64,000 nt of DNA, taken from Carcharhinus longimanus. Taxonomy: Eukaryota. Below are positions 25,492 through 40,300 of the stretch, in pieces. Each line of letters opens with the position of its first letter. Positions within the stretch are counted from its first letter, which is position 1. A program made the position numbers and the translations under genes. Location: positions 34,531,262 to 34,595,261 of the forward strand of contig JASCQW010000081.1 of the NCBI GenBank assembly GCA_030264375.1, written 5' to 3'. The notes under the pieces were generated by a model that did not search any database, had not been told where the DNA came from, and saw nothing but the letters and a program-made list of their open reading frames with translations.

Positions 25492-26371
25492 CGAAAGGTA
25501 AACCTGGAATACTACAAATTAAAAGAGTAGAACAAGGTGCCAAATTCAAACCAATAGCTGAGCTTTATTAGCAGGAAATTGCACTGATCATTTCACCAAA
25601 TTTTCTCTCTTTGATATATTAAGATTAACAAGTACTAAGGCTCCCATTTTCTTTTTGTGCGATGCAATGTCCTCTTAGTTAACTGAAGAGCATTGAAAAA
25701 GGATTCATTGATTTCCTGATTATGATTAGATTCCAAGAAATGCTCCAATGGACTGGTATTGCCATGGGGATACTGTGAGTATACAAATGAGCTCGTGAAG
25801 GCTGTCTTATTGCCGACAGCAATTTGTCTCGTGGGGATGAACTGTTAAGAAAGGTAACCAGCACACTTTCTCAGGCTCCTTTACGACAGGCAGCACTGAA
25901 GATACAATTTCTATCAGCAGGAGGTCAGCTTGGTTAGCCTCTTGTCACTTATTTTGAAAGGCTCTGACGCTTCATTTCAATCTTAAACCTTTTCTCCTTT
26001 TTATTTGCAGCATATTTCACCGCCACCTCCAAGCTCGGGGGCTGAGTGAGGCTTGTAAGATAAAGCTCAGAAGAATGAATAATTATATCATTGAGAAAAT
26101 CCAGGACCTCATTAACAGACAAGAATCCAGTGAGCCAGCTAACGTCTGATGCCTAAGTTCTTTATTTTGATTAATAGCTGCAATTTAACATCCTGAATTT
26201 TAACTGTTCCTAACTGTTTTGTTTTCTGCAATTTATGTCCATTTCTTAAATTACAAGGAAGTTAAGAGTATTCGTGTCCTGGCAAAATTCAGGAGGCTGT
26301 AATCAGGCGAACCATCTCATCTGAGTTATGTAAATACTGTTCAAGTTTTGCATGATAGCTCTGATAGCTGC

Positions 26372-26613
26372 GGGTGGCACAGTTGTTAGCACTGCTGCTT
26401 CACAGTGTCAGGGACCTGGGTTCAATTCCCGGCTTGGATCACTGTCAGTGTGGAGTTTGCACATTCTCTGGGTGCTCCGGTTTCCTCCCACTGTCTGAAA
26501 GACATGCAGGTTAGATGCCAAACAGGCACTGGAGTATGGCGACTAGGGGAATTTCACAGTGACTTCATTGCAGTGTTAATGTAAGTCTTAACTTGTGACT
26601 AATAAATAAACTT
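26372..26613 (+). mobile_element. tRNA-derived SINE, second subfamily (tail TTCACAGT.ACTTCATTGCAGTGTTAATGTAAG...AATAAATAAA)
   Basis: Same tRNA-like head; different tail shared with the copies at 39678, 41141, 45333, 48809 and 52563. Confidence 0.85.
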
Positions 26614-27149
26614 TTATTTAACATTTTTATACTTTATGATTAGGTTTTTTTCTGTGCTCTTTATTTGGCTGTCAGTCATAGTCGTAGAGTCATATGTGTC
26701 TGTGTTTTTCTGCATCACAATAAAATTTGAAACTTGCAGCGCAGTCCAGAGTGTTGTAGTTCGCTGACCCCGCCACACACATAGACACATGGGTCATTTT
26801 TTCACTAATTAGCAATACTTATATGAATGGAGGGGCTGATATGATTTTTTAGATTTCTTTTCCCCTTTTCACAAGTTTTCAATATTTTGACTGATCTCAA
26901 ATGGAACCAATTGCGTCAGTAAATTTAACCACTCTAAGAAGTCACAACTGGAGCCAATTTCCAATTAATTGGTCATGGCTAGAAGCAGCTCATTTGGCCA
27001 ACTGAAACCCAGCCAGTCAAAGGTTAATAATCAAGCAGGTCAGCTGAAACTAGCTCAATAACTCAAATGGAACCAGTTCAATTGGAACAAATCAGTTGGG
27101 CCTGCTGGACCAATTTCCATTTGACAACCAGTATGGATCCATCTTTATT

Positions 27150-27560
27150 CAATTCTGCAGTAAGTGTGGCAGAGAGGCCTTTTCAAAACCTGTACAAGAG
27201 CCATTTGGTTTTCTCAAGCCAACAGCATCGAGGTACTAATCACTTAAAGCCATCTCCACTGAAATGCTTCAGGGGTGTCCTTAAATTATTCCTGAAGAGA
27301 TCAAACATCTTCATCACAGTGACCGAACAAAATGGGAGAAATTGCATTTGGTAGGCGCCAAACAATGTCCTGACTTTGTCAGGAATATACAGAAGTGAAG
27401 TCAAACCGATGGAGGTTTTTTTACACTCCAAATAGCTCATCTAATTGACCCACAAGGCACTATCTGTCCCATTTGTGGCAAAGGCTGCAGATTGTACATG
27501 ACACCACAGAACTCATCAAACAGCAGTGAAGTGATTCATCCTTGATGGCCAGAAGAAAGA
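27150..27560 (+). mobile_element. RTE-clade LINE 3' remnant
   Basis: Decayed frame ending in a CPICGKGCR-like motif followed by a GAAGAAAGA tail. Confidence 0.5.
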
Positions 27561-27799
27561 CTGCTGTTATATAATTTGAAGCTATACAGTATTTTTATAG
27601 TTTGTTTTAAACTTTACAAGTTATTTCAACTAGGAAAACATGCGCATGTATGATACTGTATGGTACGTTGCCTTTTTCTGGGCCAGAGGCGGCTAAAGGA
27701 ACCTAACTCAGGTACTCATAGGAATCAGTGTTCGAGCCAATGATTCACTGAAAGTCACAATGTTAAGGAATGCAACTACAATTTTAAACGAGGACTAAG

Positions 27800-28720
27800 T
27801 AGATTGCTGCTGGCTGGGGCAGTGAAGGATAATGTTACAAAGATGGAAGCAGGCACTTTTTGAGATGGTGAGGATGTGGGAAACAAAGCTCAATTTCAAG
27901 CAAAATAGGACACCAAGTTTGTCAACTTGATATCAAGCCCAAGGCATGGTACGGGTATAAGGTTTATAACAGGAGCTGGTCTTTTTAAAGTTTTAACTGG
28001 AGAAAAATTGCATCTCAGCCAGGATTGGGTGTCAGACAAGCTTGTTGACAACAGAAGCAGCAGCAGAGGATTGAGAAGATGGAGTAACAATGGGTGTCAT
28101 CAGCATATCTAGAGAATCCAAAGGCACATCTTTGAGTAAGAAGTGCACATCCATGAAGGAAGACTTTGGTCTGAGTGAGACAACAACCAAGTGAGTACAT
28201 TTGGGAATTTGGTTCAAAGTGGGAATTCGGTGCATGAGGGAAAGATGTGCTTTAGGTAAAGTTTTTTTTACTATCAACCCAGAATAGAGTACTGACAGTT
28301 GGGTATTTAAGGGCGAAGGAAGAAAAAGACGTGTTAATTTGCTTTTTATGCTTTCCAACATTCTCAGCCTTGAGGAAGTGGTTTTACTCTGCTGAAGAGG
28401 CGGCCAATTATTTGATAAGTATTTGGTAAGTGACTGGTTAATTTTCTTCCCAAGGTTCAAAACAGTTTAGCAGCTGGTGGGAGGGAAACTAGCTAGAAGC
28501 TAAGGAAAAATGTTTTTGGCCAGAACTGGAGGTGGAGGGTGAGAAATCTTGAGGAGATTTGGTTTGGTGAGTATTAAGGGCACAATGTGTCAAAGGATAC
28601 AAAGGTGGAGGTTACCCTGAAGCCAAGAGCTGAGGAAGTTGGAAAGTGAACAGGCATATATTGACGGAGGGGTCTAGTTCCTCAGCAGAAACACACTAGG
28701 AAATCAAATGTTAGAATAGT
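27800..28720 (-). mobile_element. L2 LINE remnant
   Basis: The minus frame carries an RT core FSRYADDT; the sequence is highly decayed. Confidence 0.65.
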
Positions 28721-29744
28721 GACAGACCAGCAGAAAATATGGTCTCTGCAGAAAGCAGCAGTGATAATGAAAGATAATTGATCTGAAATATTTCTTCTAT
28801 TTCTCTCTCTAGATACTTCTGAACTCACTATTTCCAGCATTTCCTGTTTTTATGGTAGTGAAAATATATAAGGTTCAGATGATAGTGGAAAAGCTGGATT
28901 TCTTTCCAAGACATGCACAGCATCAAAGCTAAGAAACAAGCTACAGTTAAGTGTTTCATGATCAGTATGTGGGTGAAAAGATCGGGTGGGGGGAAGAAGG
29001 GATGAGTCATAGGTTACCTTAAAAATTGAAACAACTGAGCAACAGAATGGTCACAGCAGCTACATCGCACAACATTATCCAATGTGGCATTTAGTGCAAA
29101 ACTGCAGCATTCTCATCAACCACCTCAACTTAAATAGGAAACTCAAATGCAAGCAACTTTATTTTGGAAAATTTACTGGTACTAGATAATGTTTTTCTCT
29201 ATAGTCTTCCACTGTGGAATTTTTCACAGTAAGTCAGCGGTCACAATTTTAAAGGTTCATGATTTAAACTTTAAAACTTCATCTTTTGTTCCATAGCCTT
29301 GCTTTAAACACAAAATACCTGAACTTGTGAGAAGTATAGATCAGTTATAAAATGTTTTTGTCCTTTTTTTGGAAGCAGCTTGGAGCTATTTTGTTGTGAT
29401 GAGATTGAGGGTGTAAGGTTCACTGATATAAACTGCATTAACCACTGAAACTTTTTTTCTGCTGTAGTGATACATCCATTATTTGGAAATCTTGTTTTGT
29501 TTATCACAATGCTCTTGATATTGTAGTAGGATGAAAATGGACAGGGCCATGATACATCTTTCACATGAATGCACAATGAAGGCTGTGAGGCTGCATAGAG
29601 ACATCATTCTTCTTATAGCATAGATAATAATCATTAAAAGCGCGACTAGAACATTATCCCAATCACTTATAGGAACCAGCTTTAGACAGAAATTGTCAGA
29701 GCATATTTGTTCAAGAAATATTTTCTAATTATTTTTATCTCATT

Positions 29745-29806
29745 TAATATATATATTCTAATATATATTTAATATATATTTAATACAATATATATTCTAA
29801 TATATA
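29745..29806. repeat. AT-rich simple repeat (AATATATATT[C]T)n
   Basis: Read directly from the sequence. Confidence 0.8.
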
Positions 29807-30099
29807 CAGTGTTGTTCATGGACTCAAAGCATCCTACAGCCAATGTAGTTTTGAAATGCAATCCGAGAGAATGGACATTGGAAGAGGTTATTAGAGATTC
29901 TCAATGCAGTGCATTGTCTGTGGAAGCAGGAGAGGAATTCTTTTCCATGGAATTTGTCCAAGTTTTAAAAAAAATTATTTTGAGTCTTCCATNNNNNNNN
30001 NNNNNNNNNNNNNNNNNNNNNNNNNNNNNNNNNNNNNNCAAGATTGTGTGGGGCAAGCTTACTAGAGCAGCTGAACTCTGTCATGTTTTTGTCAATTTG

Positions 30100-30425
30100 A
30101 AGGTGAGAGGGAATGGCATTAAGCTCCACTCTAGAGATCTGAACACAAGGCTGACATCCAATGCAGTAATGTGGGAGTGCTGTCTTTCCGATGAGACATT
30201 AAACCCAGGTCCCATCCGTCCTCTTGAATGGATGTAAAAGATCCCATGGCATTACTTTGAAGAAGTATTATCATAAAAACATCATTTAAAAAAAAAACCT
30301 GGTCACAATCTTATTGCTGGTTGTGGGAGCAAACTGGTTGCCATATTTCTACATTACAACACAAAGGTACTGCACTTACAGTCAGATGCTCCACAACTTC
30401 TGTAAAAGCAGTAGTTCTTTTTTCT
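30100..30425 (+). mobile_element. DeuSINE-type (SacSINE1/AmnSINE1-related) remnant
   Basis: Deu-domain-like TCTTTCCGATGAGACATTAAACCCAGGTCCCATCCGTCCTCTTGAATGGATGTAAAAGATCCCATGGCA; further decayed copies at ~10810-10965(-), ~47100-47260(+) and ~63271-63390(-). Confidence 0.7.
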
Positions 30426-30640
30426 CAAATCTTTGATTTACCAAGCAATAGAACACTACTGGTAGAAGCTTTTACTTTACTCTAGGCCTGACTGCCAGAG
30501 GGAGGCAATGTATTTCCATTGTTTATAGATCTTGATAAAGCTCTAGAAAACATAGCTGTTTTCTGTAGTAGGATAATGATGCCTAGGTCAGCAAGATTAA
30601 AAACTGAAGAGGAATGAAACAATTCAAATTTGAATGAACA

Positions 30641-30646
30641 TTTATT
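30641..30646 (-). terminator. Candidate PRPF38A polyadenylation signal
   Basis: AATAAA on the minus strand about 700 nt after the stop; an ATTAAA variant also occurs near 30996-31001. Confidence 0.45.
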
Positions 30647-31350
30647 GCTATTTTGAGCACTCACTGCTCAATATATAAAGATGGCCTTTTGGACAGATTT
30701 AATATGCAAGCATATACAAAAGGTTTTGAAAGTTACAACATTTTTCTCACTTTCAAAAAGAAATAGAGTTTTTTTGTTTTCTTAACCTGCATTTTGCCAA
30801 TGAGGAACAAGTGTATTGCAATTGGTCTAGTTTTCACAATTGTTAATGTGCTTTTAGTACAGAGTACATTAACAGCCTTAATTTTTCCACAGTATTTGTT
30901 CTTGCAACAGTCAGAACTTTGACATTTAACATTTGTAGATTTAAGAATGGAATACAACATGTCTCGAGTGAACCTTTATAGAACCATTAATCACTTTTAA
31001 TAACAAAATTTACTGAATATTATACTAAACAATGTATTTGCTCCATATTTCACAACCAATACTTCACCTAAATCATAGTAAATAAAAACTGTAAATTTAC
31101 TTTAGGAAGCACTCAACCTACTCACAAAAAAATAGCAGAAATGTCAATCCTTTGACCCCTCCCAAAAGCTGTATAACAGCTTCACCATAGTATTTTCACA
31201 TATCAAATGGAATTGTTGCAAATAGCATCTTAAAATCAGGATAAACAAAAAGTACAAATATTGTCAAAATGAGACAGGGATATATCAGTTATATCTACAA
31301 ATAGATCTTGTGACACACTGGAAATGTGTATTTGTGGTTGTATATCACCT

Positions 31351-31393
31351 TCATTCATTTCCCCTTCGACTCTTCTTGTGACTCTTCTTTGAT
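31351..31393 (-). CDS. PRPF38A: PRPF38A exon 10 (coding part, stop)
   Basis: SKKSHKKSRRGNE* with TGA at 31353-31351. Confidence 0.93.
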
Positions 31394-34300
31394 CTAAAAA
31401 TAGTAAAGATTATTAGAAGTAATGCATTCACTCTATAGGACTTAACTAGAAAAAAACAAAGTTTGAAATGATTAATACCTTTCAGGTGTTTTAGAATGAC
31501 TTCTATGTCTGTGGCTTCTGTGATGACCTAAATGACAGAAACATACATTAAATGGCAAACAAATTCTCCACAGTTCCCACCACAAAATAACATCACCACC
31601 AGCCCCCTCCCTCCCCCCACGTGTCAAAGAGATGGCAATTAATCTATAATATTACGAAACATCACCAAGGTCACTTCAGAGAGCAGTTAAGAGTGAAGCA
31701 CATTAGTGTGGAACTGGACTAAAATACAGTCCACAACAGGAAAAGCAGGTTTCTTTCTCATTAAGGACATTACTGAACCATATTTACAGACATCACCAGC
31801 TTTGTGCACGCACTTTTACATGAAGCTTTTTAAAAACAGAATTCCAATTCTTAAGCTGTCATGGTGACATTTGAACTTAAGCTCTCTGAACACATGTCTG
31901 AACCTTTCACACTTGCTGATCCATGGCAATCGCCACACTATCATATATAAGCTGAGAAACTGTAAACACAATCAGTAGTTGCTGGGCTTATTTAGTGCAT
32001 ATGTGATCATCCTAGACACACAAAGTATATAGGACATAATGTACAGCTAATACACATCACAAGCTTAAATTAGAAATTACTTGAAATGTATTTTTAAAGA
32101 TTTTTGCCAGCCACGCATATGTAATGACTTTCTATTTAATCAATCAGTGAATCTTAATTCTCAATTTTGTTTCTTAGATTGTGTATAGTTTGAAATTCTG
32201 GTTTGAATTTCCTCAATGTAACATTATTCCCTCATTAACCTTTCGACCATGCAGTATGTATTGGTTTACTTCCCCCTTCAAATTGTCTAATCTTCACTGC
32301 TTTCCTCTTCTACCCATTAATTCAAACTCCTCTCCCACAGCTCTGATGAACCTCCCAAATTTTTATTATTTATTCTTGGGATATTGGCATCACTGGCTCA
32401 TTCCTAAGGTGAAAATTGTAAGATGTTGACTTGAAAACAAATAAAATAAATGATACCTGGAGATTTGGATCTTGATCTGTGACGACGATCTCTAGATCGA
32501 CTGCGATGACGCCTGGGACTTTTGCTGCGATGTCTTTCACGACGTGGTGATGGGCTTCATTAAAACAAAAACATCAAATAAGAAATAAAAACAATAGATG
32601 CAATCACTACCTATAATGACAGGGAAATAGAAAGTGTCTTACCTTCTTCTCTTGGGGGACCTGCTTCGTCTGTAAAATACAAGATTAAGAATTTGACAAC
32701 TTTTGAATACTTCCTTTAGCATGATCTAAAGGAAAATGCACCTTTACTATGTTAAGTATAACTGAAATTTTTCCCAAAATTGTGATTATTCTTGTGACTG
32801 TACGCTTTAACTCCTAGATCCTAAACACCAATAAGAGACATCTTAAAAGAAAAGATTTACCACAACTCAATAGCATAATTACTTACAGAAAATGAATAAA
32901 AGATGAAAAGAGCTTTAGGTACTGTAAATCATAGAATCCCCACAGCGCAGAAAGAACATTGAGTCTGCACTGACTCTCTGAAAGAGATCTGAAATACACA
33001 AGGGCCAAGGTATCAGAGCCCTGCCAAATGGCCTGCTGAATCCACTGGAGGGAGCCTTGCCTTGGTAGGTTGGTAAAATCCTCACCCAGGTCTTGAAATA
33101 TAGAGTTATAGGGTTGTAGAAGTTTACAGCATGGAAACAGGCCCTTTGGCCCAACTTGTCCACGCTGCCCTTTTTTTATAAAACCCTTAAACTAATCCCA
33201 ATTGCCTGCATTTGGCCCATATCCCTCCATACCCACGTAACTATCTAAATGCTTTTTAAAAGATAAAACTGTATTCGCCTCTACTACTACCTCTGGCAGC
33301 TTGTTCCACTCACCACCCTGTGTGTGAAAAAATTGCCTCTCTGGTGGACACTTTTGTATCTCTCCCCTCTCACTTTAAACCTATACCCTCTAGTTTTAGA
33401 CTCCCCTACATTTGGGAAAGGATATTGACTATCTACCTTGTCTATGCCTTTCATTATTTTATAGACCTCTATAAGACCTCCTACGCTCCAGAGAAAAAAG
33501 TCCCAGTCTATTCAGCCTCTCCTTATAACTCAATCCATCCAGTAGCATACTAGTAAATCTTTTCTGCCCATTTTCTAGTTTAATAATATACCTGAAATGC
33601 TAATCTACTTCCCTTTTCTCACATGCTGATTTGATTCATTGTGAATTTCCAGCATTTTGCATTTCATTTAATTTGTTAAAAAGTTAAGACTGCAGCTGCT
33701 TTCTCACCGCCTTGGTGTTTTGCTTCGACTTCTTCTGTACCGCGGAGATGGAGATCTTCGAGGCCGATCAAGATCACGGTAGCCTCGTCGTGGAGGCTCT
33801 GGTGATGGCACTCTGTCGCCCTAGATGTTAATGACATTAATGTACAGAAAACTAAGGCAGCAAATTAACATTTATAGAATGCATTTTGCTGTCAATCTAC
33901 TGGATACATACACAGACAATCAAAGTTAACTCCATCCCTTCAATCAGGTAAATTACATTGTTGAGATAAGTTGTGTTAATTATGCAAATAAAAGTGCTTT
34001 TCAAAATAAAATGTAACTAGTTTGAAAAATTACTTTCAAATAGAAATTTAAGAAACATTTTCTACCCAGCAGAATGGGGATAGGATATCGAAGAGGTGAG
34101 GGGCAAAGGGAGGGAAGATTGAAGCTCCTTCAAAAAAACTTAATAAATATTGTGAGAAACGCACAAACATGTTTGTGTGCGCTAAAGCTCCAATTTTTAA
34201 AAAATCAAATTGGCCCTAGTGTTTATTTTCTATAGAAAATAACAAATGTAGTTTTTAATATATGGAAGTTCTAAAATATTTAAATGTAACGATTCTATTT

Positions 34301-37300
34301 TTAGACGATACATAGGTCAACAAAAATTATGCAGTTTAGTAACAATACTTTTTTTAAGGATTGAATGGATCATCTCAGGTTTGCACTTGCATGCTGGGAG
34401 AAAGACTAAAATTTGCTTAAAAGTAAGTTTATTGTGACAGCCTTGTTTGGGCCAAATAATCTGTTCCTAAAACAGTGTTTTAAAAGTGCATGAAAGTAAA
34501 TAGACATACCCCTTTTGAAAACAGTTGAAGCTATTGTCTCAATAAAAGACAAATATCTGATAATTAGAATAAACTCATTAGTTGTGTATAAACCTTATCA
34601 TCATCATCATCTTCATCTTCACTAGTGTCGACATCATCCATATCTTCCTCCAATGCACTGACTCGTGTATCCAGCATCTCTGCTTCTTCCAACACATAGC
34701 GTTTCTGGATGAACAAAATACTATTTTAAAGCTGACTCACTCTCATTTATTACAAATAGTTCAAACATAATGAAAGTTTGCAGCTGCAAAATTCAGAACG
34801 TACAATGGATATTTGAAATTAATTAAAATTTTATTTCATTTAGCAAAGGGTTACCCTTTGCATACAAAAAGCCCTCAAAGTTTTTTTTGAAGTATCAAGA
34901 AACACCTAAATCTAGCCATTATTGCACTTATGCAAACCACTTCTATTAAATTTCTGCTTGCAGAATCCCAAGTTATGGATCTTTGGAAAATATAACTGTT
35001 GTTAACAGTCACTCTGGATGGGGTATGTTCCTGCCACCTGCCCCATACTTTTATATTCCCCCTTCCAAATACCGAAGGCAAGATTCTTAATGGAAAAGGT
35101 TCTACTCATGAAGAGAGCAACGTAGAGTACCTGCCCTAGAGATATTCATTTGAAACTCCAGGAGAAAGCTATTTGATCGGACAAAATAACAAGCAATTTT
35201 GCCGTCTGGCTCAGTGCAGCCTCGTTAGCCCAATCACTGTCTAAATATATCTATGATCTTCAGTTGGTCATAGAATCAGATGATTTCAAAGTTTACTACC
35301 ATTAGCAATTCGCCTGAGCATGAACCAGTCAATGTCACCCTACAGCAAGATTTGGAGAGGATCCAGGCTTGAGTTGACAAGTGACGAGCAACATTCAAAA
35401 TCACCCAAGTAGTAGGCAATGACCACTTCCAACAAGTAAAGGTGCAACATCGAGGGCCGAAGGGCCTGTACTGCGCTGTAATGTTCTATTGCCAAATCTA
35501 CCAATGCTTCAGCTACCAGGGCTCGTACAAAGAATATATTGGAATTCTTGCATCCTATCTGGATGGAAGAGGCATCCGAAACAGTCAAGAAACTTGATAC
35601 CATGCAGAACAAAGCAATTATTTGGCTGACTCCTCTGCAACTGATCTCAATATCCACTGCTTCGTACCAATACATGCACTACATCTGCAGCATTAGCCAA
35701 ATGCACTGTAGCAACTTATCAAAGTTACCCTGATAACTCCTGCTAGCCCCGTGATCTCGACCAGAGGAAAACGGCAGCAATACAATGGGAACACTCAAGG
35801 CATTCTTCCAAATCACAAATCAATTGGAGTTGGTTCCTTGTTGACATGAATTTCCTGATACCAAAATCACCACAAGAACTGCAGAGATTAGAGAATGCTC
35901 ACTGGTTTAATTAGGAATGGCTGCTTTGGCCATATTCAAAGAACACTTTTAAAAAAAAGTGGCTGTTTAACTGAGAGATTTCCCAGTTAGGATGTTGGTG
36001 GCCATATTGTTTAAAGTCATCATGTAGATATACTGCCTGGATACAGACAAAGTCAAATTAAAGAGAAGACAAACATGACTAATTCATCCTGCACATTCTC
36101 ATTTTCTTAGATGATGTAATGTATAGAAATTAGTTTTTCCACTTACATCAAAACCTTGCATTGAACCAGCTCAACTGTGTCAAGCAACTTGCCTATTCTG
36201 AACAGGAAATGATCTCAGTCCTTATCCAAACACAAGCCTTTTCACATTTAAAAGATGCATCCTTCAGAGTGTTGACAAGTTACTCACCTTACAGTAACAG
36301 ATATAGTCATAATCTAGCAAATGAACAAAGCAAATCTAGTACGTGGGGTCAATACTGAATTGATTTAACAAAGATACATGAGTGCAATCGATCCATATAT
36401 TGAAGATTTGTTTCACTATTTTTGAAGATTTTGAGCATTTATGTAGAATTTTTCAGGACACTAAAAATTATTATACACTTTGTGGAGAATATTCCATTAC
36501 ATTCTGACTTGGCCTTGTAGATGGTAGACAATCTCTGGGGAGACAGGAGTTGAATTACTCATCACATGATTCCTCACCTTTCCTGCTCTGGTAGCCACAA
36601 TATTTGTTTGGCTAGCCCAGTTCAGTCTCTGGTAAATGATAACCCCGGGATGACAGTGGGAAATTCAGCAATGGAATGTTATGGGATGACAGTCAGATTT
36701 TCTCTTGTTGGAGATGGTCATTGTCTAGCACTTGTGTGGTAAAAATGCTACTTGTCACCCCATGCCTGGATATTGTCCTGGTCTTGTATCTGAACATGGA
36801 CATGGACTGCTTCAGTATCTGAACATGGACAGTATCTTCAGTATCAGAGGAGTTGCAAATGGTGCTGAACACTGTGAAGTCATCAGCAAACATTCTCACC
36901 CCTGACCTTATGATGGAAGAAAGATCATTGATGAAACAGTTGAGCTTAGAACATTACCCTGAAGAATTCCTGCACTGATGCCCTGGAGCTGAGATGTTTA
37001 CCTCCAACCACCAAAACCATCTTCCTTTGTGCCAGGTATTACCCCAGCCAGTGGAGGGGTTTCACCCCAATGCCCATTGACCCCAGTTTTGCCAGGACTA
37101 CTTGATGCCATACTCGGTCAAATGCTGCCTTGATATCAAGGGCAGTCACTCTCACCTCACTGTCAGTAATTATACAAGTAAACCATGTTTTACTCCAAGA
37201 CACAATTTAACAAACAATTCTCTGAACCCCAGATATTCTTGTTTGTTTTAAAGTGCTGACTCTTTAGTGCATATGGTTCCATAGGCATCATCAGCCCTTT

Positions 37301-40300
37301 GTTGTTTTGTCATAGTAGCCATTCTTTACGCATGAGCCTACAGTATGGATATTGGCACACGGTTTAATCATGGTGGTGTTTGGGGGCAAGGGGACCAAGG
37401 AGGGAGGCACTGGCACATTGTAGCTGTGTCAATTCCCATTCTCACCTAATACTTTTCAATAAAAGAGGGTGGAAAAAAGGTCAGTCTTTTCATTTCCCTC
37501 ATGTTAAGTACAATTAATTGGAGATAAAGAACAAACATTTCTCAATATTATAATTTTGTACCTGAAGTCGGGGCAAGATAATATCACAAACTCGCTCTTC
37601 ATGGAGTAACTCATCCATAAATTCATCCACATGAATAAGTTCAAACTCTGGAGAAGAAGAGAACATGATAATGTGAATCCAAAGTAATACATCAAAACTT
37701 GAAGTTTCATCTTGGTTTAGAAATTATTCATATGTAAATAAGTAAGCACACATTGATGCCATTTAAGAACTGATTGACTTGGAAGAAAATTAAGTCTAAA
37801 ATACCTAGAATTAAAACTAGATCCTGAAGCTTTTGACACAATTTCATAACTCGCAATATGCAATGTCAAATAAACAAAAAATAATTTTACAGTAGACGGG
37901 TTTAATACAAGCAGATCAAGCATGATTCAAATCACCAGATTTCTGAACTGGTTTAGTTTACAACCATCAAGGATACAACAATAATTTTCAAGGATTTAAG
38001 TCAAAAATGAAAGTTTGTTACTGGGGGTGAATACTTGTGAGTGAACTGAGATTAGAAATTGACGTGGTACCAAGCAACTGATAATAAAGCGATATCATAT
38101 CACTGCAATCTATTTTTCAATATCATTAGCGAACAAACTATATTTGCTCCAAAAGTTTCATGCCACAAGGCACTTAATTCTGGACAACAATTAGGTCCCA
38201 CTTTTACTCATAGCTGGAGCAATCTTTACCTCCATCTCTCTTCTGTCTCTTCACTTTTCGATAATCATTATAGAGTGGTTCCAGGTATTTATAACAATCA
38301 ATGGCAGAGCCCGTCAGCCGCATGTACAATGCACCCAGCAACCTAACATACCTGGGTTAAAAAAAAATTAAAAAGAATTAAAGCTTCAGTTAGGAAATTC
38401 TTCATTTGTAAAACACATTGCTTCATTGATAATTTAATAATATTTGACACCAGAGAACTTCACTGTGCAATAAGAAAGCATGTAACTCCTGCTCCTATTT
38501 CTTATGTTCTTATGTAATGCGTCATTGATGTCATTGCACAGGGCAACTAATATCATTGATTTCTCTCTCCCCAGAACAAGGACAATTACATTTTATTTCC
38601 TGCAGTTTCATATTTTTTGTAATAATCTTCATTCATGTTGAAGAACGAATAGTTTAATGTGCACAGCTTCCTCAAATTGGTGTTCTTCAAGTACATGTTA
38701 AGAATGGTAAATCAACCAAGAACTGCATTGCAATTCAGCATGACTTTGTTCTCAGAGTCCTCATATGCATATTTTCTATCAGGAAACATCAAACAGCAAA
38801 ATGAACCAGAAACTGTGGCTAATTATTTATACTTCAGCATATTCATCACTTTGACATCCATCTGGATCATAACTGGATAATGAACATTGGAATTGATAAG
38901 TTTAGGAATTATTTGATTATAAATAAATTTCACATACTTAAAATCTTCATTCTTTATAAATTCAACAATGATATCCTTTTCGGGTTGAATTTGAAGCATC
39001 TTAAGGGTCAGACAAAGGAATGGTGAGGGTTTAATATTCCCACCATAGACGCCACCAATGTATTTCAGTTCCATGGCTTTGTCCACAACCAATTCCGCTA
39101 AGAAGCAAAGGAAAAATCTCTGTGACAATATTTTCAAAGCATAGGCCAACTTCTCAGTAACTGAATCAATATGTTATTACACCTAAAAAATAAAGCCTTG
39201 TATGGATTGTAATAAGGAAGATGCAAGAGCTAACAATGAAAATGCAACTGAGTGAATAAAGAAAGTTTCTGAACTACAATTTAACACAAGTGCAATTGGG
39301 TCATCAATAAATCACTCACCTGATGAAGGGGCAATGTTCCAAAAGCTCATGCTAACCCGTTGGACTTTAACCTGGGGTTGTGAGACTACTTATTGTGCCT
39401 ATCCCAGTCCAACGCAAGCAACTCCACATAATAAATAACCCACATAATAAATAACTCTTGAGCCCTCCATCCCCGCAACTACTGCCCCATCTCCCACCTT
39501 CCTTTCTTTGCCAGAGTCCTTGAATGTTGTCACCTCTTAGATGTCTACGCACCTTTCCTAGTATTCTGTTTTTGAATCACTCCTGCCATACTATAAAATG
39601 AATCTTGCCAAAGTCACAAATTATATCCTATGTAACTGTGACAAAGGCTAATTATCCCTCTTTGTCCATCTCAACTTCACAGTGGTTAGCACTGCTCCCT
39701 CAGAGCATCAGGGACCCCGCGTTCGATCCCCAGCTTGGGTCACGTGTCTGCATGAATTTCCTCTGAGTGCTCTGTTTCCTCCCATAGTCCAAAACGTAGA
39801 TTGATTAGGTGCACTGACCACGCTAAAATCTCCCTCAGTGTACCCAAACAGGCAACATGGGGATTTTCACAGTAACTTCATTGCACTGTTAATGTAATCC
39901 TACTTGTGACAATAAATAAATAAACTTAAACCTGTCTGCAACCTTTTACATGGTTAACCACACCAGCCTTCACCACTGACCAGCTGTGTGATACTGCACT
40001 TGCTTGGTTCCATTCTTACTTATTTAATTAAAGCCAAAGAATCACTTGCAATGCTTTCTTTTCCCATTCATACACTTTTCTCCCTGATGTCTCTCAGGAT
40101 CTTTGCCTCCTTCCCTCCTATTTCTCACTTGCATGCTGCCCTCAACAATATCACCTGAAAGCACATCCGTTTCCCTGGGAATGCCAATAACATCCAGCTT
40201 TACCTCGCCACCACCTCTCTCAACTCTTCTGCCATTTTTAAATTGTCAGACAGCTCCAATACCAGATCAGCAGAAATTTTTACAGCTAAACTTTGGTGAC

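Noticed and set aside
28032-28460. 142-aa minus ORF as a novel gene
   Set aside because: It lies in a decayed L2 remnant, with YADDT in a neighbouring frame
32451-32456. U12-type intron donor (GTATCA) in PRPF38A
   Set aside because: It does not match the GTATCCTT consensus; all introns found look like U2-type GT-AG
34162-34177. 16-bp palindrome CACAAACATGTTTGTG
   Set aside because: Short, isolated and without supporting context
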